Of a stretch of DNA of 64,000 nt, positions 1 through 13,360 are shown in pieces. The position numbers were made by a program, and so were the translations under genes. Positions within the stretch are counted from its first letter, which is position 1, and each line of letters starts with the position of its first letter. Source of the stretch: Paragordius varius (lineage: Eukaryota > Animalia > Nematomorpha); contig OZ176050.1 of the NCBI GenBank assembly GCA_964247055.1, positions 10,168,001-10,232,000 of the forward strand. Direction: 5' to 3'. The notes under the pieces were generated by a model. It saw only the letters and a list, made by a program, of their open reading frames with translations. It did not search any database and was not told the DNA's origin.

Positions 1-602
1 CAACTATACGACATATTTTATATTTAATTTTTAATGTAATAAAAGTTTCCACATAAAATTATTAGTATAGTGAGTGTTGTCACCAATTCCTAACTGAGCT
101 GATGATGCGTCGACTGCGTGTTACGGCTTAGTTCAGTTAAGGTTTCAAGCTATTCTATTTGGCGGGGTTTGCGAATTTAAAGCGGGGCATGTTTAATCCA
201 CCATCAGGCTGAAACTTGAAATAAATTGATTCATTTAACATGTATAATACCCATTTTTCTGACCCTCATTATTGGAAAATAAAAGCATTTTATGGTTTAT
301 ATTTGTATTCCTCCTATTTCCATGATCCGTTTCTGCCTTTTTTTGTTTGCCAATTTGCAATTTTAAATTATTTATTCTAGACTGAAATCAAGTTAAAAAA
401 TGCAAATTTTAAAACCATTTCGTTGCTGAACCACGGTATTATCAACTCGTCACAACATCAGTGCGATTTGAATCAAATATATAATCCTTTTACGCGTATT
501 ATTTATAAAAAATATTTTTAAAGCCATATTCAATAAATCTTTTTCTCAAATTTAGCACTTTGTAATAGTTTGTTTTGTGATAGCACTAATAAATTTTGCT
601 AT

Positions 603-779
603 ATACAGTATGAGTAAGTATACATTGCTAGAAAGTTATTAATTATTGCCAAATAGCATATACAACAAAGGGCAGTATTATTGGCTTCTATTTTTAGCCA
701 ATAATAATTCTCTTTGCTGCATATGCTATTTGACAATAATTAATAATTTTCTAGCAATATATACTTAATCATACTGTAT
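603..779. mobile_element. Foldback/hairpin MITE, about 177 bp near-perfect inverted repeat
   Basis: The arm ATACAGTATGAGTAAGTATACATTGCTAGAAAG...TATTATTGGCT pairs with AGCCAATAATAA...CTAGCAATATATACTTAATCATACTGTAT around a 9-nt loop. One arm recurs at about 45627-45695. Confidence 0.75.
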
Positions 780-1700
780 TTTTTGAGCCTTCTACTAATA
801 TTAAAAGAGATTTGTTGCAATCGGATTTGGAAGTTTCTATAGACTGTAAAAATTACAAAAGTTAAATATTTATTATTATATTTATTTGAATATCCGGGTA
901 AAACACCAAAAATAGGTTTTTTTATCCATTGTCAGCAAAAATTTACAATGTTACAATTTCTTCGTCATAGCATAATATTTTTAAGTTTCGAGACGGCTTA
1001 CGGTTTAACCTCGTTGAACCGTACAGTTGACAACATTACACTCAGTTGTAAAGCTTATTGTTGAATATGTTATCAATTAAATTTGTAAAATTTTAATTCT
1101 TTGGTTTTTAGAGAGAAGTAGTCTTTAACGAAGAATCAATGCAAATATATAATTTTTATAGCTAACGATATCAGCTTTATGAGTGGAGTTAAAATAACAT
1201 ACCCCTAAAATTATTTTTGAGTATGGATGATACCATAGGAAAGTCCTAAGGGTAATGCACAAAAGGTTTAGATGATAAATAGTTTCAAAGGAAATTAATT
1301 AAAGTCATAAAAAGATATATATCGAACTAATATTTCGACCACAGATGGTCTCTCGATACCAAACCGTGATAATCATCGGTTGGGCTCATCATGGTTTGCA
1401 AATTAAATTGATATTTGGCAAGATTGGAAGCCGTCCGCAAGCCGATAAAATCGTAGATCCGATTATGAAATCAAGAATATATTAGTGATTTGCATATGGT
1501 TTAAAACCTCAAAGCCTAAAATTTCAAATATTCAATTTAAATAGAGCAAATAATTATAATTTTTCTTTCAATATGTTATGCGCAGCAACAGTGAATTTCA
1601 TTAATAGAGCCAAATGTTTGATAGTTTGATTTTCACAAAGGCTTTAGCATTAATACCAAAAGAAAATAAAGTGTATGAAATTGTTTATTTGAAAATATGA

Positions 1701-2269
1701 TTAACATTTCGTAATTGGGGTATTTAAATACCCCAGACTAAATTTGAGTTAAGATTTTTAAAAATGGTCACAATTTAAATTTATGATTCTATCCTAATAA
1801 AAATTATATAAATATGCCAAAAAATCTTAATAAAATTTTGTTTTGAAAAAAAAGTTCCATGTCAAACTACTTCGACGCCATTTTTATTTTAAAATGTTTT
1901 TGCAAAATATCGTCTTCATGTAATTTTAAAGGTAAAATTAAATCTAATTTTTTATTTAAATTACATCTAACATTGATAGAAATAGAAAAAGCGGTTTATT
2001 TTGTATTATTTTTTAATTTTGCTATTTCACACATGTCACGTTGACGGAATTTACCTTTCGGTTTTAGCTTAAAATAAGTAATATCAAGTATTTTTCAATA
2101 GAATTTTTTATATATTTCGGTTATTAATGTTATATGAGTGCAAAATTTTGCCATGGTTTCGATTCCTTCCATACTTTTTATAATATTTGATTTTAAACAG
2201 GCCTGGGGTATCCAACTACCCCAATTTGAATCGAAGGACTAAAATGAGTGTGTTGTATCCAAGTGTTAA
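1701..2269 (+). mobile_element. TTAA-flanked MITE (piggyBac-like ends), copy 1
   Basis: Ends are TTAACA...AGTGTTAA, with subterminal palindromic GGGGTATYTAAATACCCC blocks. Colinear with 19425-20014 (reverse) and 51445-51897. Confidence 0.75.
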
Positions 2270-2342
2270 ATCACATAACATAGTGTAGCTATGAAAATAT
2301 GTTCGTTAAGAGAAATTTTTCTGGTAACGTGTGGAACCATTT

Positions 2343-2978
2343 TACAGTCATGTATCCTTTATTTTATCAAAAATTTCCTTTTTTTCGTTAAATGGGTAAA
2401 AATATTTGGTAAAGAATGGAAAAACAAGACTATGGTATTAACCATCTCATATTCATCAAAAAAGTAAAAGAAGTGTGGGGGAAGGGCGTCGGAAATCTTT
2501 GGTAAAAAATGAATATACACTAACAACTAACCCTTCACTTAAAATTATTGTATAGTTGGGAAAATCGTAATTTTTATTTCAATTATAATTTTTTTTTGTT
2601 TTGATATGAGAACGATTTTAAAAGAGATATTCTCGATAGATGTTGCCTTAAAAATTAATAAAAAAAGAGTTTTAATTGATGGTACTTTAAAAAAACTAAG
2701 GTTAGAGAATGAAATTTTAACCATCATTTATTGTAAGTATCAGAGACGATTTCGTTTTTCTTTGATCACAGTACGATATGAAAATAATTCTCAGATAAAT
2801 CTTGCTTTTTTTAAAACAATTATTATTTATAGAAAAAAACATTCAATAGGGTTAAATAGTGGTAAACTGGTATATTCATATGATTGTTTTTTAAATTTCC
2901 CAAAATGGAGCATTTTAGGAGGAAACGCATTCAGTTCGATAATATTTTTTATGAACGCTATATAATCAATATTCATTT

Positions 2979-3040
<62 letters not shown>

Positions 3041-3421
3041 TGATTACATCCTTATATTTTGTCCGTTATAATGTTTGTTTTATTAATTATTAAATAAATT
3101 ATAATAAATACTTTTTACTTATATATAAAAATTATTACGTGGTTTACTTGTTTTGTTTAAAATAAAAAAATTTTCGAAAAAAATAGTAATAAAATTTTGC
3201 TAAAAAATTAGCAAAAATATTACCATTTCCCTTTAACAATATTTTTAGATTTTCATCTCTTACCAAAGATTTCCGACGCCCTTCCCCCACACTTCTTTTA
3301 CTTTTCTAATAAATATGATATGGTTAATACCATAGAGCTTTTTTTCATTCTTTACCAAATATCTTTACCCATTTAACGAAAAAAAGTAAATTTTTAATAA
3401 AATAAAGGATACATGGCTGTA
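2343..3421. mobile_element. Non-autonomous element with about 190-bp terminal inverted repeats (TA-CAG ends, Tc1/mariner-like)
   Basis: TACAGTCATGTATCCTTTATTTTAT...GTGTGGGGGAAGGGCGTCGGAAATCTTTGGTAA is mirrored at about 3255-3421. There is a central (TA)n and no transposase ORF. Confidence 0.75.
2982..3037. repeat. (TA)n microsatellite
   Basis: Uninterrupted TA dinucleotide run. Confidence 0.95.
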
Positions 3422-4947
3422 ATACAGTAAATATTTATTATTCATGTCTAATGTGAGTATATAGTTACTTTTCAAATATGTTTTTAGGTTGAGCCCTAGT
3501 CACCTATAATCTACCCCTAAAATCTTGTTTTTATAAATCTATATGATAACAAGGAAGCCCATTCAAATTTAATAACCCATATTTTTATTCGTTAAGGAGT
3601 GCCCCAAAGTTGGTTGAGCCCTTTTTAAACAACATTGTAATCAGCCCCGTTTACTGTAAATAGCGTTTTCGGCAAAAGACCATATTCAAAAAATATTTCA
3701 CATTTTCAGAGAATGGAGACCTTCAATAACGTTTCTATGTATTATTTATCTTATAAAGGTTAAAATAAACAAGCGATTTCAAAATTAGCTCCTGTGTGGA
3801 CCAATACCCTATGTAAAATACGTATCCAAAAAAATATGAAAATATCCCGAAACGTATATGTCTAAATGAATGTTGTGATGGCTTATAAAAATGAGTTATG
3901 GTCGTGTTCTTTTTATATAAACCCCAATATGGTCTCACCCTATGTAAATGTTAATAATTATCTTTCAATTAATTTTATATTTAATTTTCGATTATCATAT
4001 TACGGATTTTACAACTTTATTACAAAACGGAGGTAATTTTAGTTAAAATTAATAGTAATATTTTTATTGCAATAGCTGAAAAAAGTTTTTTGGCTCAATT
4101 TTCTACATGCCAACAACCGCTCCCTCATTACAGACCTATCAAAACAAAATATCAATTTACTTTTAATCAAATTATTTTTTAAGAAACTAATTATACATTT
4201 TTCAAAAAATTATCTTTGTTTAGAATTGCAATTAAGAAGATGACAAACTAGTAAAATTATTTAAAAAGGACGTCAAAAACAACTGAAAATTAAAATGAAT
4301 ATCAACAATTTTAACGAAATACAAATTTTGTAATAAGTCGCCATCCTTTTTCATACTTACTCATTGCCAAACAATCACTATAATCTAAAATCTTTTGGCA
4401 GCCTAAATCTAATAATAATCTTCATTAAATTGTGATGATAGTAACTATACTTAAGTAGTAGATGTGATTTAAAAAATATTTTTGAATGAAGCTTTTAACT
4501 AATTGATATGTATTTTTTGGTGCATATCTAATGTTGTTGTCAGATAAATGGAGATTCATTTCAATATATTTATAAATTTTATTCAAATATTAATAAAAAG
4601 AAATTAGTTGAGCGCATTTTATGCAATACACACAATACAATACAATTAATTAAAAGCTAATAAATAATACATTAGGGATATTTTATTTATTTATTTATTC
4701 ATTAAAAAAATATAAATATTATTTTTAGATGACATCTACAGCAAAAGAATGGTCAATTTCCTGATAACTTATAAAACAATTTCCATCTACTATGTAATTT
4801 AATCTATTTGTAAGAGGTGGCGATGCATTGCATCGCTCTTTTCGTACAAGAAAATATATACTATAATTTATCAATAATATATTATATGCGTACATATATT
4901 AATTATAAGCAAATAACCCATGTTTTATAAGGAAATACAGTTCTCTA

Positions 4948-5146
4948 TAGGGTTGGGTTTTTGGTCCGTCATGAAATGATAACCGGCCATAACGTATATA
5001 CAGTTACAGATGGTCATAACTAGTCAATAAATTCTTAAGCGAGAGTTGATATCCAAAATTTCCCATTTATGTACCACCATTATTTAATGTCTTAATGTCA
5101 GGTGATGGGTACATGCCCATTTTAAACGGTCAGAGTTCCAACCCTA
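4948..5146. mobile_element. Short hAT-like MITE with TAGGGTTG terminal inverted repeats
   Basis: TAGGGTTGG...CCAACCCTA termini, the same 8-bp TIR as 30108-30829. The target-site duplication is degenerate. Confidence 0.5.
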
Positions 5147-5194
5147 GTCTCCAACTTAAAATACTGCACAATCAATTCTTGTATCCATTTATAC

Positions 5195-5385
5195 ATAGAG
5201 TTTCATTTTTCCCGTTTATACTAAAGGGTAACTTAAACATCATGACTTGTTAAAGCTTAAATACTCCCCTGCCCAGGTCCGACAGTGGTGATGGAAAAAT
5301 TGCGCAGTTTTGGGGTTTAAACTCTGGCACACCACACAAAAGGTACTAGAGTTCGGTGCCTACCTACTATTGCTAATGAAGGGTT
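5195..5385 (-). mobile_element. tRNA-derived SINE, degenerate copy
   Basis: The reverse complement matches the SINE body at 13156 and 38373 (GCCAGAGTTTAAACCCCAAAACTGCGCAATT...GGGCAGG). Confidence 0.7.
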
Positions 5386-8300
5386 TCATAATTGGTAGAT
5401 AAATTAAGTATTATGCAATCAGATTTGTAAAGATGAACAAAAGGCAGATTTTTAATTAAATCATTTATAAGATATCAAAAGCTTTGTAGCATTTTATCAT
5501 CCTTTGACATTTGTTTCTGAAAAGCATACTTATTTAAAATTGTGTAAAGGCTTTTCAACGGTAAGTAATATTTATAATGCAATTAAATGGACATTTATAA
5601 CTTTTACCGCCAAATATTTTAAATTAAAATTACTTGAGACAAAATGGAGCAAGTATGATAACTTTAAATATTATTTATACCGTAGTTTTTCTTAAATTGT
5701 TATGGATAACCCCCAATAAAGTAAAATTAGTATAACGATAAATTTATACTAGTAAGTTATACATAGAGACAAAAATTATCGCAAGAAGGCGGTAATTTAC
5801 ATTTTGAATTATGTTATTGTTATTAGTAAAAATTACAATATATTATAACCCAGGAATCAACATGATTGCACGCAAAAGTGCTTAAAAATGTCAAAAAATA
5901 TAAAAAAAATAGATATCAATCAAAAATTTACGATATTTAGAAAATATACATCCGAAATTGGGCTTAAAATATATAAAAAATCAAATATCAAAGCAGCCGC
6001 GAAGATATTTTTGTTGGACACCCCTGGTATAACCAATCGACACCTATCGCTCTTCATTTTTTACAAAAAAGAACGTATCTAAATACTGTATTGCGAAAAG
6101 CTGTAGATGTTACCCCCAATGATTAGGTATCTCCCAATCCGTGTCTAAAGCATTTTTAACCCCAATGTATAAAATATTTACATTTTTTTCTGCACAAATA
6201 CTGTGCTATATCTGTCAACCTATAAATTTGATCCATTATTAAGTGTTTTAGTACTCATAATAGTTTTGAAATGTTTTTAATTTTTCTTATTCACAACATT
6301 AGGCGGGGCAACAAGGGTTAATTCAAAAAGCTTATATTTATGCTTTGCTAATGCCAATATTCAATATAAGTGCTACAGGTTTTCCTAAAATTGTTCAAAG
6401 CCAATATCATTTCTAATAAAATTTCGACCGATTTCCTTTCCTATCATATTTTCTACTACGCAGTTATGCCCAAAAGTAGTAGTTCTGGCTAATACATATT
6501 TGTGGATTTTTCCTACTTTTAAATTTGATTTTGAACTATTTATTTTCAAATTATAAAAAAACACATGTATAGGTTTTAAAACTTACTACTAGATTAATTG
6601 TGTTAACATTTAAATCGCATTTGACGGGTACATTTTTAAAAACGACACCTAAATATTTAAAAAAAGGTTTAATATTTTGCAGCTAAAAGGTGGCAAAATA
6701 ATATTGTATTTATCAAATCCATAAATAATGATCTTTCTACCAGCTTTGATAAAAAATTTAACATACAAAAAATAGATTGAAAACTTAAAATATTTGATTA
6801 ATTATTTCAAAATTATTAACATTTTATACATAGCCTTTGATTTACTGGCCAAAACCATATGATTCTTTTGATTCGGTACTCAAGATAGATAAAAATATAT
6901 TTGCCTTTTTAATAAATATCACAAAACCTTAACCATTAGAATTTAAATTTTAAAAAGGTATGTATTTGCTTTTCCGATTCCTAATGTAACAAAATTTTAT
7001 TTTTTATATAAAATATTAGAGGGTCAAATAATAAACATCGGTTATATAATACAAATATTAATATTCTTTAAAGCAAAAGTTTTGCGCTATTGACCCGAAA
7101 TGCAATGTCAACCCCAAATTTTTTTCAAGTTTGGGTTGGCAAGCTTCCGTATTTTTTAAATTTTAATCATATTTAATTCCAAATATACACTTTGTGAAAT
7201 CTTTAAAATTTCCAAGTTTTTTTGTAAAATTATACAAAGTTTTAGCAGCTTAAATTCTTTTTTCGCAAGTTGAATCTTTCAATAATTATTTTATCGCACA
7301 TCTACAATAACCTATTTGCATATATTGATTTATGAATATTAATGGATTTTTTACTGATAATAACAGTGAATCTTTCAAAGTTGATAGTAACCAAATGTTA
7401 GTAGACTTAATGAATGTGATATAATATTTTTCGGATTTTAGATAAAACAAAGAAAGAATGGATAAATGTATATTTGTGTTAAGAAATAGTATAAATTAAT
7501 AAAAATAAAATGATTCTGTAAAACACTATTAAAAATAAAAATGATGATTTTTTTTCAGATGTCCAGATTTATTAATCCCTTAATGTGTATTTATTTGTTT
7601 TTAGATTTATTTATCCTCATACTCATGAAAAAATGACCTTAGAGAGCTCGCTTGATATTAGCAAAAAACAGACTGAAACGCAAAATTTGAATAATGATTA
7701 AAATCAGAAATTTGCATTTCATTTCATTGGAATATTTTTGTCTTATAAATTAATACCAAATATAAACCTATTTGCATAAATAAAGTTTTAGTTAGATAAA
7801 AAACAGTTGATATAATTTATTATGTACATAAAATTTATTTTTTATCTCCTTAAGTATAACCACCATCTATATTTGTTAAAGAAATTTTCTAAGACTTCTC
7901 AAAATCAATTAATTTTTCGTGATTCTAAAACATAGTAGCAAAAATTCAATTTTTTTTATCCAAATATTAATTATAATCCAAATTTTTCGTGGAATATCTT
8001 ATGGATAATAATATTTTAAATTTTTTAAAATAGATATGCAAAAACAAAATTTTTAGAGAACCGAATAATTTTTTAATCATAACAATAGGAAAAGGTAATT
8101 AATCCGATTTTCATTACGATAAATGACTATTTTTACCATATTATTATTATTATTATAAAAAACCATTAAAATAATCATTATTTAGGCAGGTAGTATATGG
8201 ACATAGGCTCACGTTTTTAGATTCCAAACTTTTAAGCTTATTATAATTATAATAATATTAAAATGGATTAGATATGCAGAGTTTATCCTATATCTGAATA

Positions 8301-10683
8301 TTCATCGTATACATATATACATTTAAATTAAATTTACCAATAAAATTGATTTTTGTGCATATATAATATTTTATTTTACGGGGATACCAACACCTACACC
8401 TGCATTTAGATAATTAAATGTATTTAATTTGAATTCCATACTTTTTTGTCTTTTCTTTATAAAATCTGTGGAAAATTATTTAATTCATTTAATATAATTT
8501 AATGGAGTTTATATAGCATAAAAATAATTGAATATAAAATTTATATTGAGATAAAATTTTATTTTCTTTAATATAATGATCTATTATTAATTCTTCAATA
8601 TAATGATCTATTATTAAAGATATAGCTTTGAGCCTGACATTTTGGTAAATGAGCAGATTCCTATAAAATAGCGCTCAAATGGTAATGACCTATTCATAGA
8701 TGGAAAAATTAAAAAAATTTTAAATATTTTTAAGTCAGAAGTAAGAAAAAAATATGGAATCTATAAAATTTTAGCCGGCTTCACATGGTCAAATTTGGGT
8801 CGGGCAATGGTCCATTTATATGGCCCGTCAATGAATTATAGATATAAATAAGATTGTCATTTTATGTGAATTCTCTTACCATATTTGGTGTCGATGAAAA
8901 CTCCTAGATAGATAACAATTAATTATTATTTAACTCTTTAACACAAATTGCTCATAATGTCTTTAAATGAGTTAGTTGAGTACTATATACCAACTATCAA
9001 AAATCATTTCAATTTCATTATCTGGTTGAAAGAAGAGCTATATTTGACCTTAGGAGGTGCCTAACATAAAGGTTTCATTTCTACCGTCCTAATAGTTTTC
9101 AAATATTATAGCAATTAATCGAATTGTTATACACTATAAAATCTAATGTTTAATCCCTAAAAATGGTTTATAATTTGCAATTAATTGATGAAGAATAACA
9201 TCTTGTAATACAAATTTACTAATAAAAAAATTAATTATCCAAACATAGGAAATATCTTAATTGAGAGACATTCTTTTTTGATATTATTAAATCTTGAAAA
9301 AACACTTCCAACTATTTTTTAGGTGAAATGCATAAAACTATGCTTTAAATTTTATATTTTTATAAACAAAACTTTAAATTTATCCCAAATTTAAAATGAT
9401 TTATTTTAAAACCAAGCTTATAAAAGCACACCACTAATATTGTATCCGAAAACAAGATTTGACCTCCTTACCCATAAAATAATTTAATGCATGCATTATT
9501 TTTTGACAAAAAAATCCGAACCGGAGCCCGGTAGAAAGTTGACAAAAATGACTTAAATCATTATTAGAATCAAAAACTGTTTGAATCACTCCTTTTAGAT
9601 ATTAGACACTTCATTACATTTTCATTTTACGCCATAACATTTTGGGGTAGTTTTCTACCATAGAGCTAAAGTAGTTACAAACTACTGCTTTGAACTTTAT
9701 TTTGGTTAAATTCTAATTATCAAAACCTCTTCTAGTGCATTAGATAAAATGCCGATTTTTTACAGTTTTTTAACTGCTTTAGTTTTGAATTCGGATGGCT
9801 CCAAAACATGATAGAAGCAAAAATCTGATATTAAAATCAATAAATATTTAACATTTTCTGATAAATTGTAACTTAAAAGCTTTCTAACGTTAATTATTTT
9901 TTTTAACCACAAAATACATTTATATACTTGTTGTAATCACGATTTAACAAAAAGTAAATGACTAAAATGGCGGCGAAAAGGTTAGAGTTGAATAAATTAT
10001 TACATATTTTGAAAAAAAATTGTCATGCGCCTAAAATGCTATATAAAGTATTTTTTTAAATTTCGCTCAATAAAAATATTTTTTAACATTTTTAAAATTT
10101 AAATAGCCCTGGGATATATCCCAAAAGTTTCAAGTCTTTTCCAACTAAAAAACATTTATTGAAATTTTTAAATGGAATATAACAGCCAATAAGTTTTCTT
10201 TATATATTAAATTCAGAACATCGAGAGTTATTACTTGGCGTTTTGAAATTGATATAAAAATATTATACCTTTTTCTAAAATATATATTGGTTATTAGACC
10301 TTAAAACTATGTTTAAAATAAATTTTTTAATTTATTTTTATTAACCACTATTTCTAATTGGCAAGGCAATAAAATCATTTCAAAAAAATCAATTTTCATA
10401 ATAAGTACCACATTAGCATAATACTATTCATTCAGTAACCAATATGTTCATTGTTTACAGAATCCAATAAATATTGGCCCAGGGCTAAAAAAAATATTTT
10501 TTGTCAATTTTTCTCCCTTTATTATTTACGTTTGATAAATTTTAAAGCTGCGCCGACTAATGCAATGTGCCACCCCATAATTGCATCAACAATCACGGTC
10601 ACACCTGGGCAGGCAAATAATTATTCAAAGCCTTCATGGATCCTAAATTTTTTTTATTTCTTTAGAAATTAAAGAGTAAAAAA

Positions 10684-11796
10684 GAGGCAACACAAGGTTT
10701 TTCGGTTATACAACATGTAATTTGAAAATCAATATTTTCTATTATTCAAAATATTGTTCATCGTTTTCTATTTTTTCGCCCAGTTCAAGTATATGATTGT
10801 CATGGCAGAAAAGGTGATTATTATCATCTTTCAAATTTTTCTCAATTGGTGCTCTGCGTGTGTGTGGCCCATTAATAGATATATGAGAGAGATGGCGCTA
10901 GGCCAGGAGAGTTCAACGGATGCGAAAAATCTAATCTCGAAGCAATTTCAAAATGTCTTTCCATGGTTTTACTGTGTAAAATTTTATGTAGAAAAATCAC
11001 TGTCAATCCATTTTGGTTGTTTTTCGATAAAAGCATTGTTTAAATTAATCATTTGTTGGAGATAACATTGTGTATTAATAGTTTCCACGTTCATAAAACA
11101 CAATACCGCTTTGGTCGTACCAGACACATAGCATGGTTTTGCTGAAGCGATTGGCATTAGTGTTAATGGACCGGGTTGGGAAGGTAAAAACCACATTTTT
11201 TTCCGCTTTGATTTACAAAATAAAGCCACACCCGTCACAACTAAATGCAAAAATGATTTACTTTAGTGACGTTGGAACACGATTTCACTAGTCATTTTGC
11301 GATTTTGATTTGAAGTTCATTCAAATTTTGTGGGACCCATTTATTTTTGTTGATCTTTCGCGTTGTCGTTATAAATCTATTGATTGTCTTTATAGTATAT
11401 GTAATGCTTCTGCTGAACGCCGTTGAGTTTGAGTTGAGTCATTATCCAATACTTTCATTGAAAAATCGTCTTTGCAGTTGCGTGGTATTAAAATGACATA
11501 AATTTTCGAAACCATGTTTATCATGTTTTTATCGATGGAGTATGGTCACCAGCATATTTTCTACAAGCAAACGGCTTTCGACAGCCTTTTTCTCTGATGG
11601 AATGAGGAGTGCGTGCCGTAAATGTTTTTTTAAAGTGACAATTACTGAATGATAAAATAAGACGCTACCCTTTGACTGAATCATTGTGTGTGTGCTTGTA
11701 ATTTAGTGTTTGACAAAATTTTGGTCCGTATTCATCTGCCTACTTTTCGCTGACATCTCTCAGTTAACCCGTAATGCCTTGTAACTACACCTAATA
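10684..11796 (-). mobile_element. Decayed mariner transposon (Mos1/mauritiana-like)
   Basis: TIR TATTAGGTGTAGTTACAAGGCATTACGGG at 11768-11796 and a degenerate partner at about 10684-10705, enclosing transposase remnants. Confidence 0.85.
10742..11640 (-). pseudogene. Mariner DDD transposase pseudogene
   Basis: Minus-strand fragments KWVPQN, KSFLHLVVTG, ETINTQCYLQQMINLNNAFIEKQP, HPLNSPGLAPS and EQYFE* match the Mos1 motifs WVPHEL, SFLHRIVTG, ETVNTARYQQQLINLNRAL, YSPDLAPS and GKYFE*. Many stops and frameshifts. Confidence 0.88.
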
Positions 11797-11926
11797 AATT
11801 TATATTTTACACAATATAAAAATATTTTTAATCCTCCCTAATGTCAAGAAACTCTTAGATTGACATTATTTTGACCCCTTATTACCCATTCTTAACTCGT
11901 CCCTTAAACATTATTATTTTATTTTT

Positions 11927-11964
11927 CAATCTGAAGGGTGCACCCTTCAGATTGGAAACCACTG
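11927..11964 (-). repeat. Perfect 28-bp palindrome fused to a hAT-type end (CAGTGGTTTCC)
   Basis: CAATCTGAAGGGTG|CACCCTTCAGATTG followed by GAAACCACTG. Confidence 0.7.
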
Positions 11965-13155
11965 CTCTATTTTATTCATATATTCACAGTTACAAAAAAT
12001 GAAAATCCAGACTCTTTAAATCAAGATTGTTAGAAATAATTCACATTTTAATAACAATAAAATTAATGATGGCCGTTAAAAATAATCATAAATATGGAAC
12101 CATAAAATATGGTTACTTTAACAATCATTAATAAAATAATTCCACTTTCAACAAACACAAGAATTATTCTATGGGATCGTGCATTAGTTAATTAATTTTC
12201 AATATAATCAAAATAAGTCAATTTTGGACAAACACCAAAATATAGAAAAATGACGTTGTTGCACATCTAAAGTCAAAAAATGTCAAATCTAATCCAATTA
12301 TTTGCTATTTATCAAAGAAATCCTACCTGTATATTAATTTAATATCAAATTAATAATTATATTAATAAATTTTTAATCATATCTTTCACAAAATATGGCA
12401 AAAACCTTATTTCATAATACTTGGGAGATATTTGGACAAATTTTCCTAAAAGAGACGATCATAACTTTTTTATATAAATGATTTTGACGTATCTGTAGCC
12501 AAAAATTTATGTAGTTGATAATTTTGATGAGATTTAATTATTATTTGTTTTAATGAGAATACTGAATTAATTTTTATAATGGATTAAAAATATTTTTTTG
12601 ACACCTGTCGTACCAAATCTTTTCAATAGTAGAGTGAGTATATGTGTGATAAAAGAAGCAATTATATCTTAATTAAATTGATGATGCATTTTGATCATTA
12701 TTTTTTGTGATATCAATTTAAAATAACTACCCTAAAAAACAAATTAATTATTACATTGGTATTTATATTATTAATAAGGTCCAGGCTTACAACCATACTT
12801 GAAAAGTAAATAAATAATAGAAATATCGAATATGGACATAAAAAGTCATAGATAGGGTTGCGTTTTAATCCAAAAAATAATAATTTGCTATAACTGTTTT
12901 GAAACACCCATCCTTCACGGTCATAATCAGTCAATTCAAATCGCATTTATAATATATGCGGATTTCTTGAAAAAAACTATAATTCTATTAAATTAGTTTT
13001 GATTGATAAAAAATTTTATTTGACAATTTTTTAAATAAAAATTAAAAGTGGTTATTACGATCATGCATTCATAACCGATCCGAACTTTTATCATGAGTAT
13101 TAATATTACATTTAGTCCATAAATTTTTTATTTAAAACTTTTCTATCAGATCGAA

Positions 13156-13360
13156 GGCGTGGTGTTATGGTAGATAGAGCACAGGACTCTTACTCTGTGT
13201 TTGTAAGGCGCCAGAGTTTGAACCCCAAAAACTGCGCAATTTTTTTCATCATCAGTGTCAGCCCTGTGCAGGCAAATGTTAAAGCTTTCACAAGTCCCGA
13301 AATACAATTTGAGTTTTTCTCTTTAACGTGGAAAGGAAAAAGAGACTATAAACCAGGGGT
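13156..13360 (+). mobile_element. tRNA-Lys(CTT)-derived SINE
   Basis: Head GGCGTGGTGTTATGGTAG (A-box-like), GGACTCTTAC (resembles the tRNA-Lys anticodon arm GACTCTTAA) and GAGTTTGAACCCC (B-box-like), then a non-tRNA body shared with 5195-5385 and 38200-38373. Confidence 0.75.

Noticed and set aside
96-125. CTGATGA suggested a hammerhead ribozyme core
   Set aside because: No GAAA follows a stem II, and no matching stems I/III or cleavage triplet were found.
7370-7710. Possible small spliced gene with a 20-nt intron (MSRFINPLIFIYPHTHE...)
   Set aside because: There is no recognisable homology or clear start, and such joins arise easily by chance in AT-rich DNA.
8570-8620. About 27-bp tandem duplication
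   Set aside because: An ordinary slippage duplication in intergenic DNA.
12713-12946. Minus-strand 77-aa ORF containing a 23-nt GT-AG segment
   Set aside because: No coherent multi-exon protein or family motif could be built.
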